From a virus (Duplodnaviria; Caudoviricetes), in the IMG/VR virus record IMGVR_UViG_3300045284_000262, positions 1 through 53,810 of that record: a DNA stretch of 53,810 nt; one strand, 5' to 3'. Position 1 is the stretch's first letter. Each line of letters opens with the position of its first letter. Below the pieces are notes generated by a model. It did no database searches. It saw only the letters and a program-made list of their open reading frames with translations, and was not told the DNA's origin. Made by a program: the position numbers and the translations under genes. This document shows positions 45,426 to 53,810 of this stretch, one piece after another.

Positions 45426-46879
45426 GCTTTCCTTCCCCAGTTGAAGTTGAGGTGCTTTTCCCGACCTCTGAGTTTGGCGGCGTTCAGATCGAGCCTCCGG
45501 GGAGTTCCATCACTGTCAAACTTCCAGCAGGCGAAGGCCCGGAAGGGCCGGAAGGGCCAGAAGGGCCAGAAGGCCCGGAAGGCGATCCAGGCCCGCCCGG
45601 AGCAGAAGGCCCGCCGGGAGATGACGGAAGGGACGGAGCACAGGGCGACCCCGGAGCCGCAGGGCCACCGGGAGCCACGGGGCCAATAGGCCCGGCAGGA
45701 ACAACAGGCCCACAAGGGCCGCAGGGAATCCCTGGGGCAACTGGGGCAACAGGGCCAACAGGCCCGAAAGGTGACACTGGAGACACTGGGCCAACAGGCC
45801 CGCCGGGAACAGGTGGCGCAGCCGACTGGGCAAGTATCACAGGGAAACCGACCACGATTTCCGGATTCGGTATCACTGATGCCTACACTAAAACACAGGA
45901 TGACGCTCGGTTTCAGCCGATTGACACCGACCTGACCGCTATTGCTGCACTCACCACCACGGCTTACGGGCGTGGACTTCTTCCCCTGGTCGATGGGCCT
46001 GCTGTCCGGACTTATATCGGAGCAGGAACAAGCAACTTCGATAGCACCTTCACTTCGCTGACGGGAAAGCCGACCACGATTGCTGGCTACGGCATCACTG
46101 ACGCTTACACCAAGAGTGGAGCTGACACCGCTTTCCAGCCGATTGACACAGACCTGACTGCGATAGCCGCTCTTACCACGACAGCGTTTGGGCGTGGATT
46201 TCTTCCCTTGGCTGACGCGACCGCAGCTAGGACTTACATCGGAGCAGGAACAAGCAATTTCAATGGCACATGGGGTGCGCTGACTGGAACGCCAACCACC
46301 GTGGCTGGATACGGAATCACGGACGCGGTAACCACGACTTTCGCCACCGCGACGTATCAGCCCATTGATGCTGACCTGACTGCCATTGCCGCCATTGCCA
46401 CGACAGCTTACGGCAGGGATTTACTAAAGCAGGTCGATGGCCCGGCGGTTCGCACCTACATCGGATGCGGGAGCGCAGCAGCGGCCACAGCTCCAACAGG
46501 AGCGATTGTCGGCACCACTGATACCCAATCATTGACCAATAAGGAGCTTGTGCCGCGAGTGGTTGCACAGGCTTCCGGCGCAACCTGGTCGCCCAACGCC
46601 GATACCACTGATGTTTTCACGATCACTACCGCGCAGGCCGCAGCGGTGACGCTCATCAATAATCCTTCCGGCTCTCCGGTTGATGGACAGACAATGGTGT
46701 TCCGCGTGAAATGCGACGGCACGGCTCGCGCGCTTTCAGGTTGGGGAACGCAATACCGTTTCTCAAGCGACATGGCTGCCCCGACCACACTGATCGCCAG
46801 CAAGACGACTTACCTGGGTTTTATTTTTAACAGCCTCGATACCAAGTGGGATAACATCGCCAAGATGGAGAACTTCTAA
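45422..46879 (+). CDS. Collagen-like tail fibre with three 74-aa repeats
   Basis: About 30 Gly-X-Y triplets (45537-45810), then a 222-nt period repeat. Confidence 0.85.
   Translation: MSFPSPVEVEVLFPTSEFGGVQIEPPGSSITVKLPAGEGPEGPEGPEGPEGPEGDPGPPGAEGPPGDDGRDGAQGDPGAAGPPGATGPIGPAGTTGPQGPQGIPGATGATGPTGPKGDTGDTGPTGPPGTGGAADWASITGKPTTISGFGITDAYTKTQDDARFQPIDTDLTAIAALTTTAYGRGLLPLVDGPAVRTYIGAGTSNFDSTFTSLTGKPTTIAGYGITDAYTKSGADTAFQPIDTDLTAIAALTTTAFGRGFLPLADATAARTYIGAGTSNFNGTWGALTGTPTTVAGYGITDAVTTTFATATYQPIDADLTAIAAIATTAYGRDLLKQVDGPAVRTYIGCGSAAAATAPTGAIVGTTDTQSLTNKELVPRVVAQASGATWSPNADTTDVFTITTAQAAAVTLINNPSGSPVDGQTMVFRVKCDGTARALSGWGTQYRFSSDMAAPTTLIASKTTYLGFIFNSLDTKWDNIAKMENF
45833..46470 (+). repeat. Three tandem 222-nt coding repeats
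   Basis: TG(K/T)PTT..G.GITDA..QPID.DLTAIAA..TTA.GR..RTYIG at 45839, 46061 and 46283. Confidence 0.9.
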
Positions 46880-47580
46880 TGGCTTACGCGCTCGTAGGAA
46901 CAATAGGAACAGCAGTGCAGGGAGCGGCAAGCGCGGCTGTCAGCCCTACGTTTGGAACAGGCGAAAGCAGAACCCTCGGCAACCTCCTCATCTGTTTCGT
47001 AGCGGTGTCGGGAATTGCCACCCTCCCGGTCACGCCTTCCGGCTGGTCGATTGGCAAACAGCAGGCTGGAACGTCGTGTTCAGCGACGATCTATTACAGG
47101 CTCGCGGCTGGCGCGGATACGGCTCCCACCATCGCAGCTATTACCAGTGGCGTCATCGCAGCGCAGCTCGCTGAGTTTTCAGGCAATCTCGCGGCATCGC
47201 CACTGGATCAGACCGGTAGCGCGAGCGGCACTGGCTCGCCCCTGACTGGCACCTTCGCGGCGGTAGACGCTCTCTCGGGAGAGTTGATCGTGATGACCGG
47301 AGCTGACCTCCGCAGCATTGCCCGGGCATCCAATGATACGTGGACATCCAATAACGCGACCGTCACGGCAGCAGGCAACAACAATGGAGCAACTTCCGTA
47401 AACCATTACTCAAACGGTTATGGCGTCACCACGGCGAAAGCCAGTGCGGATACAGCAGTGATGACGTTATCCACGACGAACAACATTACTGGCCTGGTGC
47501 TGGCGGCAGTGTCCTTCAAGGTAATTCCTCCCGCTGGCCCGAGCGTTCAGCAAATGGCAGGATTTTTTATGTTCACATGA
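46879..47580 (+). CDS. Ala/Thr/Gly-rich beta protein (fibre tip/partner)
   Basis: TAATG coupling; G.LL..., TPSGW, YYR.A pattern. Confidence 0.6.
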   Translation: MAYALVGTIGTAVQGAASAAVSPTFGTGESRTLGNLLICFVAVSGIATLPVTPSGWSIGKQQAGTSCSATIYYRLAAGADTAPTIAAITSGVIAAQLAEFSGNLAASPLDQTGSASGTGSPLTGTFAAVDALSGELIVMTGADLRSIARASNDTWTSNNATVTAAGNNNGATSVNHYSNGYGVTTAKASADTAVMTLSTTNNITGLVLAAVSFKVIPPAGPSVQQMAGFFMFT

Positions 47581-48686
47581 AGTCACCGACACCAACCATT
47601 GAATTTGAGGAGCTGGAGAATTTCCCTCTGCCAGCGCAGGTGGACATTATCTTTCCTGACTCGCCCTTTGGAGGAGTGTTCATCGAGGAGCCAGGTGGCG
47701 CACTTATAGTCAAGGTCGGTTCTCCTGCCGGAGAAACCGGTGAGCCAGGATCGCCTGGAACCCCGGGCACTCCTGGTGAGGAAGGCCCGCCGGGCACGCC
47801 TGGAACTCCAGGAGCACCAGGAACCCCAGGCGACCCTGGCCCTCCAGGCCCAGCTGGCCCACCAGGAGGAGGAAGCACCATCATTAACGGCCTCGGGCCA
47901 CCCGATCCCTCTCTTGGTGAAGCTGGAGATTATTATGTCGATACCGTTGGTGGCGACATGTACGGCCCAAAAGTTGATGCCGGTACGATTGACTACGTTG
48001 AGCCGCCTCACGACACCACAGCACCAGGCGATTATGAGCTTGGCGGGAAATTCCGTTTCGATGTATCCGGTTACATCGTCGGAGTGCATTACTTCTACCC
48101 CGACATTACCGCCGCTCTTGGTTACGTGCTCAGTGTGTGGGAACCTTCCACTGGAACATTGCTGGCCCAGAAGCCGGGAGATTTCCCTGTTCGCAACGCA
48201 TGGAACCAGGTCATCTTTGATGTTCCCCTGCCTGTTTCGGCCTTTCACTCATACCTGGTGTCATTCTACATCGGGGGGATGGCGTTCGCCTATAAGGTGC
48301 CGTGGACTGGACTAACCAGTGGCCACGTAAGAGCACTGGTGGACGGAGAAGATGGCGGGCCTGGCGCGTATTACGCCACCGCGCACGGTTTTCCAACAGT
48401 GCCATGGGGTTCATTTCCCACGGCTTCGCCTATGTTTTCGGTGGGGGAAGCCTGGAAGAAGGTCATCGTTGGCGACGAACCCGGCACTGGCGACAAGAAC
48501 TTTGTTCACAGCCAGCTTGCGCCATCGGCAACATGGTCTGCCACGCATAATCTGGGCAAGTTTGTTTCCGTTGAGGTCGTGGACAGCGGCGGGAGCGTCA
48601 TTATTCCCGACATTCACTATGTCGATCTCAACAGCGTAACCCTTGGATTCGGTTCAGCCACCTCCGGAAAAGCCTACTTCAACTAA
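47577..48686 (+). CDS. Collagen-like fibre with DUF4082-like domain
   Basis: Gly-X-Y run; YELGGKF...G.I.GV.YF..LSVW..GTLLA..WNQV.F..P...Y.VS; C-terminal ATHNLGKF. Confidence 0.75.
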   Translation: MKSPTPTIEFEELENFPLPAQVDIIFPDSPFGGVFIEEPGGALIVKVGSPAGETGEPGSPGTPGTPGEEGPPGTPGTPGAPGTPGDPGPPGPAGPPGGGSTIINGLGPPDPSLGEAGDYYVDTVGGDMYGPKVDAGTIDYVEPPHDTTAPGDYELGGKFRFDVSGYIVGVHYFYPDITAALGYVLSVWEPSTGTLLAQKPGDFPVRNAWNQVIFDVPLPVSAFHSYLVSFYIGGMAFAYKVPWTGLTSGHVRALVDGEDGGPGAYYATAHGFPTVPWGSFPTASPMFSVGEAWKKVIVGDEPGTGDKNFVHSQLAPSATWSATHNLGKFVSVEVVDSGGSVIIPDIHYVDLNSVTLGFGSATSGKAYFN

Positions 48687-48695
48687 ACAAGCACT

Positions 48696-50258
48696 ATGCC
48701 AACACTCGCAGCCCCACTCGATTGCGCCAAATTGGAAATTCGCAATGAACGACTTCACCAGCTCGGATCAAATCCATCATCCCCGGTCACGGGCCAGATG
48801 TATTACAACACTGGCGACAACACCTTCTACTGGTGGAACGGGACGGCATGGCGTTCTGCTGATGCTTCCTCCGGGGTAGGCGGCCCGCCAACCGGAGCCG
48901 CTGGAGGTGACCTTCTTGGGAGCACGTATCCAAATCCCATCATTGCCGCCAGTGTCGTCACTCTCGCCAAGTGCAATGCGTCGATGAACGACCAGGCGGC
49001 AGGCACGGCTTCGCTACGGTCACTGGGAACAACTGCGATCACGGCTTGCGCCGGAAACGATTCCCGGCTTTCGGATGGCCGTGCTCCAACCGGAGCTGCT
49101 GGTGGTGACTTGTCGGGCAGCACTTATCCCAACCCCGTGGTTGCGGCCCTGGCCATCACGGACGCCAAGGTTGCTACGGCTAACAAGGATGGCGCGGTAG
49201 GAACATTTTGCATGCGAACTCTGGCGTTCGGAGCGGGGACGGGTCAGAAGGCAATGCCCGGGGATGCCAGGTTTGACCTGATTGCCACCAATAACGCGCC
49301 TACAGCACCGGTTCCATTCAATGCCCAGCGCATCACGGGCGTTGGCGATCCACTGGCGGCACAGGACGCAGCCACCAAGAATTACGTTGATACTTTCGCG
49401 CAGGGGCTGGACTCGCATCCTTCATGCCGGGTGGCAACAGTGGGCGCAAACATCACCCTGGTTGGTGGTGCTCCTCAGATTCTCGATGGCGTAACCCTTG
49501 TTGCCAATGACCGCGTATTGGTCAAAGACCAGACACTTCAAAAAGATAACGGCATTTACTATGTTCAATCCGCCGGAACCGGTGCAACCGGAACATGGGT
49601 CAGGGCATTAGATCAGGACACATGGGCTGAGTTTCCATCGGCTTACGTCTGGGTGGAAACTGGAACAATTAACCAGGATACCGGATGGACTTGCACCTCA
49701 GACCAGGGTGGCACTCTCGGATCGACTGCTATCCTGTGGACTCAGTTTTCCTCCGCCGGGTCAGCCATTGCTGGCACTGGCATGACCAAGACCGGCAACA
49801 CGCTGGATGTCATTGGAACAGCAAACCGGATCACGGCCAATGCTGACAACATCGACATTGCCAGTAACTATGCCGGTCAGTCCACCATTACGACTCTCGG
49901 CACAATCGCCGGAGTCAGTGCGGTATGGGGGCCAACCGCAACCCCGATAGCAATCGCTTCCGGCGGCACAGGTTCAACCGCCGCTACCGCAGCCCGGGCG
50001 GCACTGGGCGTTGTCAGTTGGTATTCATCAGCCGTTCATGGCACGGGAAGCACGATCTCCATCTCGGCAGCCACACACGGGATGACGAACTCCGGCATCT
50101 TCGTGATTGTCCAGGTGAACGCCACGGGTGCTTACATCATGCCGGACATCGCCGTTGATGGCAGCGGCAATGTAACTGTTAATTTTGGAGTGAGCCAGAC
50201 TGCCAACACGATTCGGGTAACCCTGCTTGGACTAACAACCAGCACACTGCCAACCTAA
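48696..50258 (+). CDS. Tail fibre protein
   Basis: PTGAAGGDL.GSTYPNP x2; DAATKNYVD; DRVLVKDQ..NGIY..W.RA.D. Confidence 0.8.
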   Translation: MPTLAAPLDCAKLEIRNERLHQLGSNPSSPVTGQMYYNTGDNTFYWWNGTAWRSADASSGVGGPPTGAAGGDLLGSTYPNPIIAASVVTLAKCNASMNDQAAGTASLRSLGTTAITACAGNDSRLSDGRAPTGAAGGDLSGSTYPNPVVAALAITDAKVATANKDGAVGTFCMRTLAFGAGTGQKAMPGDARFDLIATNNAPTAPVPFNAQRITGVGDPLAAQDAATKNYVDTFAQGLDSHPSCRVATVGANITLVGGAPQILDGVTLVANDRVLVKDQTLQKDNGIYYVQSAGTGATGTWVRALDQDTWAEFPSAYVWVETGTINQDTGWTCTSDQGGTLGSTAILWTQFSSAGSAIAGTGMTKTGNTLDVIGTANRITANADNIDIASNYAGQSTITTLGTIAGVSAVWGPTATPIAIASGGTGSTAATAARAALGVVSWYSSAVHGTGSTISISAATHGMTNSGIFVIVQVNATGAYIMPDIAVDGSGNVTVNFGVSQTANTIRVTLLGLTTSTLPT

Positions 50259-51505
50259 TGCCTGACTTTCCTTCAACGCTGCGAGTCCCGAATTACGCGA
50301 GCAACCCAAGTTCGCCAACATCGGGGCAGGTGTACTGGAACAGCAGTGACAAGCAGTTGTATTTCTACAACGGCACTGCATTTGTGGCGTTGGGTCTGTC
50401 CAGTAACGACACCGGCGGGAACGTGGTCAATGTCGGGACACCGACCAGCGGGCAACTGGCGCAGTGGACTGGGGCAACGAGCATACAGGGAATTGCCGAT
50501 ACCACCAAGCAATGGGATGGCGGCTCAACAGGACTGACTGCTGCTACGGGCCGAACCAGCCTCGGAGCAAGCACAGTGGGAGCGGCCATATTCACTCTGG
50601 CTGGCCCCGGCAGCAATTCTTGGTTGAAAGCGACTGGTCTTGGAACGGTGTCCTATGAGGATGCCGTCACGACCAGAACCAGCCTTGGGCTTGGCACTGC
50701 GGCAACGCAGGCTTCCACCGCATTTGAAGTCCCGCTGACGTTTTCCAACACGGTTCGTCGCACCACTAATACGATTGACCTTGTTGGTGATTCGGCTTCA
50801 CCGGGGAACAACTTCTCCTACCAGACTAATGCCAGTGGGGTAAAAGGATGGTATGCCATGACTCCCACTAAAGTCACGCTGTTCGCTGCAAGTGGAACTT
50901 ACACTCCCACTACAGGCGTTCGCACCATAAAAGTCGAATGTGTTGGCGGCGGCGGTGGTGGTGGAGGAGCGAAAGCGGCTGCAAGCACCGCGACAACAGG
51001 CGGCGGAGGAGGAGGCGGAGGATACGCAATGCTTATGATTACCTCCTCTATCAAGGGCAGTTACACTTTTGTTATTGGTGCTGCCGGAGCTGCTGGAACG
51101 GCTACCCCTACTGCTGGAGGAAATGGTGGTGACACAACTTTTGACAGTCCCAGTATTTGTACGGGTAGCGGCGGGGGCGGCGGTGGATTTAGTTCAACAG
51201 GCAGCGGTGGAGCAACCTTCGCTGGATCAGGTGGAAATGGAGGAATTGCTGCCGCTGGACTTTTCGGTTTTACAGGCAGTCTTGGAGAGGTTGGACTCAT
51301 ATTGACTCTTGCTATTTGCAGAGGTGGTGCAGGTGGAGCAGCACCACTTGGTGGAGGTTCAACACAGGGCGCGATAAACGCTGCTGCTGGAGGTGTTGGA
51401 AGAAATTATGGGGCTGGCGGGGGCGGTGCAGCATCAAACAGCGCAACAGGATTCGCCGGAGGCGCAGGCACACAGGGGTATCTCCTCATCACAGAGTATT
51501 TCTAA
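50258..51505 (+). CDS. Glycine-rich tail fibre protein
   Basis: SGTYTP..GVR.IKVE.VGGGGGGG...G...ITEYF C-terminal Gly-rich domain. Confidence 0.8.
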   Translation: MPDFPSTLRVPNYASNPSSPTSGQVYWNSSDKQLYFYNGTAFVALGLSSNDTGGNVVNVGTPTSGQLAQWTGATSIQGIADTTKQWDGGSTGLTAATGRTSLGASTVGAAIFTLAGPGSNSWLKATGLGTVSYEDAVTTRTSLGLGTAATQASTAFEVPLTFSNTVRRTTNTIDLVGDSASPGNNFSYQTNASGVKGWYAMTPTKVTLFAASGTYTPTTGVRTIKVECVGGGGGGGGAKAAASTATTGGGGGGGGYAMLMITSSIKGSYTFVIGAAGAAGTATPTAGGNGGDTTFDSPSICTGSGGGGGGFSSTGSGGATFAGSGGNGGIAAAGLFGFTGSLGEVGLILTLAICRGGAGGAAPLGGGSTQGAINAAAGGVGRNYGAGGGGAASNSATGFAGGAGTQGYLLITEYF

Positions 51506-51509
51506 TGAC

Positions 51510-51842
51510 ATGGCTGAACAACATAACGGGAACGGAAAGGCAAAGTGGGTTGCTATCGGCCTCCCGATTATCATTGCTGCCGTCGGTGTGCTCGGGTTTT
51601 TTTACGGCGTCGGACAGCGCACCAATAAAATTGCAGAGGTCGTGGAATGGAAGCAGGAGACTGCTCCGCGCATCGAGCGCATGGACAGTCAGGGAACAAC
51701 TTCCTTCAAACTGTTCCACGACGAGTATCTGCGAACTCAGGCACGACAGGAAGCCGCACTCATCGAGCTTGAGCACCAGATCAGGGACAAGCAACTTGAA
51801 GATTTACGTGCGCGACTCCAAACGCTAGAAAGAAAACCATGA
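51510..51842 (+). CDS. Single-TM coiled-coil membrane protein (holin/lysis accessory candidate)
   Basis: WVAIGLPIIIAAVGVLGFFYGV TM then coiled coil; ATG 51510. Confidence 0.6.
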   Translation: MAEQHNGNGKAKWVAIGLPIIIAAVGVLGFFYGVGQRTNKIAEVVEWKQETAPRIERMDSQGTTSFKLFHDEYLRTQARQEAALIELEHQIRDKQLEDLRARLQTLERKP

Positions 51843-52132
51843 ACGAACAAATCCAAGCAAGAATGACGGAACTGGTCAACGAGCGTAATACGCTGGAGGC
51901 ATCCCACAACGCAATGGTGCAGCAGAACCAGAAAATCAACCAGGAGTTTCAACAGCAGGTAGTTCAAAACCAAACCCGGTTTGCCCAGATAAGTGGCGCA
52001 CTCCGGGAATTGCAGCAGTTAGTTCAACCATCAACACAGAAAGACAATAACCATGATAATCTATCTCCCACTCCTAGTCTCCATAATCGGACTGCTGATG
52101 TACGTCCTGTCATCGAATCCCAAGATCGTTGA
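51839..52132 (+). CDS. Coiled-coil hypothetical protein
   Basis: Q/N-rich heptads, QISGAL; ATGA overlap. Confidence 0.65.
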   Translation: MNEQIQARMTELVNERNTLEASHNAMVQQNQKINQEFQQQVVQNQTRFAQISGALRELQQLVQPSTQKDNNHDNLSPTPSLHNRTADVRPVIESQDR

Positions 52133-52217
52133 GGTTGGGCGGATCATGTTCTGGACGGGGCTTCTCGCATTCCTGATGGGAGGCGGAGCAATCCACGCAA
52201 TACAGGGTCATCAATGA
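52053..52217 (+). CDS. 54-aa two-TM membrane protein (holin candidate)
   Basis: Read manually: MIIYLPLLVSIIGLLMYVLSSNPKIVEVGRIMFWTGLLAFLMGGGAIHAIQGHQ; stop overlaps the next ATG. Confidence 0.65.
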   Translation: MIIYLPLLVSIIGLLMYVLSSNPKIVEVGRIMFWTGLLAFLMGGGAIHAIQGHQ

Positions 52218-52846
52218 GTAGCCCGGGATCAATCGAGTGCGATACGATTCAGCTCCTTGAGCCGGAGAGCGACTTTTTAGTCGATACTGCTGGCACCACC
52301 AGCGACCTGGATGAACGCGGGGAACTGGTGCTGTTCACGGGGCAGACTCACGCAGAGATTCTGTTCCAGGTTCCCAAGATCAGCGTGAACTACAACTTTG
52401 AGTATCTCTACGTGGATGCGGAGGGAATCCCACACGCAGGTGGACTCCATGTTGTTCCGACCAGCAGGCAAACCTACGGGTTTCAGGTGGTGTTTGCCGC
52501 TGGCGTTCCCCCGCCCACGCCAGAGGCACCTCCTGGATCAGTGTATGTCCTGCACTGGCGGGTCACCATCGTCAGGACAAGCTCTCTTGTCCAAATTGAT
52601 ACGCCCGAACGCATCTACCTCCTGATGCCGCACTCCAACACGATGGTGGTTCCATTCACTAACCCCCGCAGCGGAACCAACTACGGATTCAGTGAGCTGA
52701 GAGTGGAGAACCTGCTCGATCCTCCTGCCAGCCAGGCAATCATACGGGTTCAGGTCACGGCCAAAACGATCAGCGACTTCACTTTGTCGGTGAACCCAAC
52801 ACCCGCCAATGGAAGTCATTACTTCCTGGCAGCAAGAACGCCATGA
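52214..52846 (+). CDS. Beta-rich virion protein with two similar halves
   Basis: F..PK...NY.F..L.V vs F.NPR..TNY.F.EL.V. Confidence 0.6.
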   Translation: MSSPGSIECDTIQLLEPESDFLVDTAGTTSDLDERGELVLFTGQTHAEILFQVPKISVNYNFEYLYVDAEGIPHAGGLHVVPTSRQTYGFQVVFAAGVPPPTPEAPPGSVYVLHWRVTIVRTSSLVQIDTPERIYLLMPHSNTMVVPFTNPRSGTNYGFSELRVENLLDPPASQAIIRVQVTAKTISDFTLSVNPTPANGSHYFLAARTP

Positions 52847-53810
52847 CACCGGTAATTGAAGATTCAGTGCTGGGAACTGATCTTGATGCTCAGTTCCACA
52901 GCCTGCTTAACGTCAAATCCCTTGACCCGGTTCCCCTCAACCTGGCCACAAGTGATGACACCAGGCTGACTGACGTCCGTGAACCAATCCCTGGGAGTGT
53001 CGTGAATGCATCGGTGGCCCCTGATGCCGCCATCGACCAATCAAAACTCAATCTTAACGGCTCAATCCCCACGGCGTGGCTGGGTACTACGGCAGGTACA
53101 GCAGCCCCTGGGGATTTGGCCGAATACATTTCCAATAAAAACCAGCCCGGGGGTTATGTCGGCCTGGATTCAACCGGGCAAATACCCACCTCCGCGCTGC
53201 CCGATGGAGCCGGATTGGCCACTGTTACGTCGATAGGAATCTCGCTGCCTCCGGAACTGATCCTGCTGCCGCCTGTCGTGAATCCCATAACCGGCTCTGG
53301 CGTATTCAAGATTGGATGGCTGCCAATGGGTGGCGCGGCATGGTTCGGCGCGCCGACTGGAGGGCCACCAGGATACCAGTCTGCGCCCATCCCATTATCG
53401 CTTGTCCCAAACCTCAATGCAGGACAAGTAACCAGCGGGCAATTCCCTCCGGAAAGGATGACTGTCGCAATCTATGGAGCAGGTTCCGCTCCAGGAGCCG
53501 TCCCAGACCCCGGGGGAACCGGTGGTGATCCCACTGATTACCTGGCTCGCAACATGACTTTCAGGGCGGCTCCCATTGTCGCCGTTGGATACCAGCCCCA
53601 GCTGCCAGACCCGACTTTTTCCAAACAGGCCGATGGCAGCAGCAACACCAAGGTTTTTGCCGGAAGCACGGTGGGAGATGTGGTGTTTTTCTATTCAGTT
53701 ACCTCCAACTCAACTGGCTTTGCTGAGTTCCCTAATCCCGGGTATGTCACTGTTCCTAATTCTTCCACGGGTGTCTGGATATATTCATCCCGCGTAGGCT
53801 GGAACAATTC
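52843..53810 (+). CDS. Fibre-like protein, open to the window end
   Basis: ATG 52843 (ATGA overlap), no stop to 53810; AAIDQSKLNL and KNQPGGYVGLD.TG.IP..LP fibre motifs; absent from the ORF track. Confidence 0.75.
   Translation, partial: MTPVIEDSVLGTDLDAQFHSLLNVKSLDPVPLNLATSDDTRLTDVREPIPGSVVNASVAPDAAIDQSKLNLNGSIPTAWLGTTAGTAAPGDLAEYISNKNQPGGYVGLDSTGQIPTSALPDGAGLATVTSIGISLPPELILLPPVVNPITGSGVFKIGWLPMGGAAWFGAPTGGPPGYQSAPIPLSLVPNLNAGQVTSGQFPPERMTVAIYGAGSAPGAVPDPGGTGGDPTDYLARNMTFRAAPIVAVGYQPQLPDPTFSKQADGSSNTKVFAGSTVGDVVFFYSVTSNSTGFAEFPNPGYVTVPNSSTGVWIYSSRVGWNN

Larger units (their letters stand above)
1..53810. mobile_element. Tailed dsDNA bacteriophage genome, podovirus-like, probably complete and circularly permuted
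   Basis: terS-terL-portal-scaffold-MCP order, fibre genes, large internal virion proteins, primase-helicase, dense ATGA/GTGA-coupled ORFs and no host housekeeping genes. Confidence 0.95.

Noticed and set aside
45422-51505. Diversity-generating retroelement or invertase shufflon acting on fibres
   Set aside because: No reverse transcriptase or recombinase, and no adenine-specific TR/VR pair seen

Overview
The window is a tailed dsDNA bacteriophage genome (Caudoviricetes), probably complete and circularly permuted. It has a podovirus-like gene set: terminase, portal, scaffold, capsid, many fibre proteins, adaptor/nozzle-like proteins and large internal (ejection) proteins, but no tape measure, sheath, integrase or DNA polymerase that I can recognise. 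There are three blocks. (1) A + strand morphogenesis block runs 35412-53810 and continues at 1-18955, ending in a GH75 chitosanase-like putative lysin. (2) A - strand block (18981-32246) holds a glycosyltransferase-FkbM methyltransferase fusion, a VirE-N/AAA_25 primase-helicase, a PD-(D/E)XK nuclease, an SSB-like protein and many small genes, one with a textbook C2H2 zinc finger. (3) A + strand operon (32627-35087) encodes a MoxR-type AAA+ ATPase and a HExxH-vWA partner. The most notable item is a 2074-aa polyvalent protein in the ejection-protein position that carries GNAT, GHKL-ATPase, HExxH zincin and ART-like domains, plus an out-of-frame nested gene with its own strong RBS. Also notable are an AAGCNGCTT palindrome in several near-leaderless sigma70-like promoters and a highly structured RNA leader that pairs with the capsid RBS. 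All calls come from manual motif recognition; no searches were run and the host is not determined.
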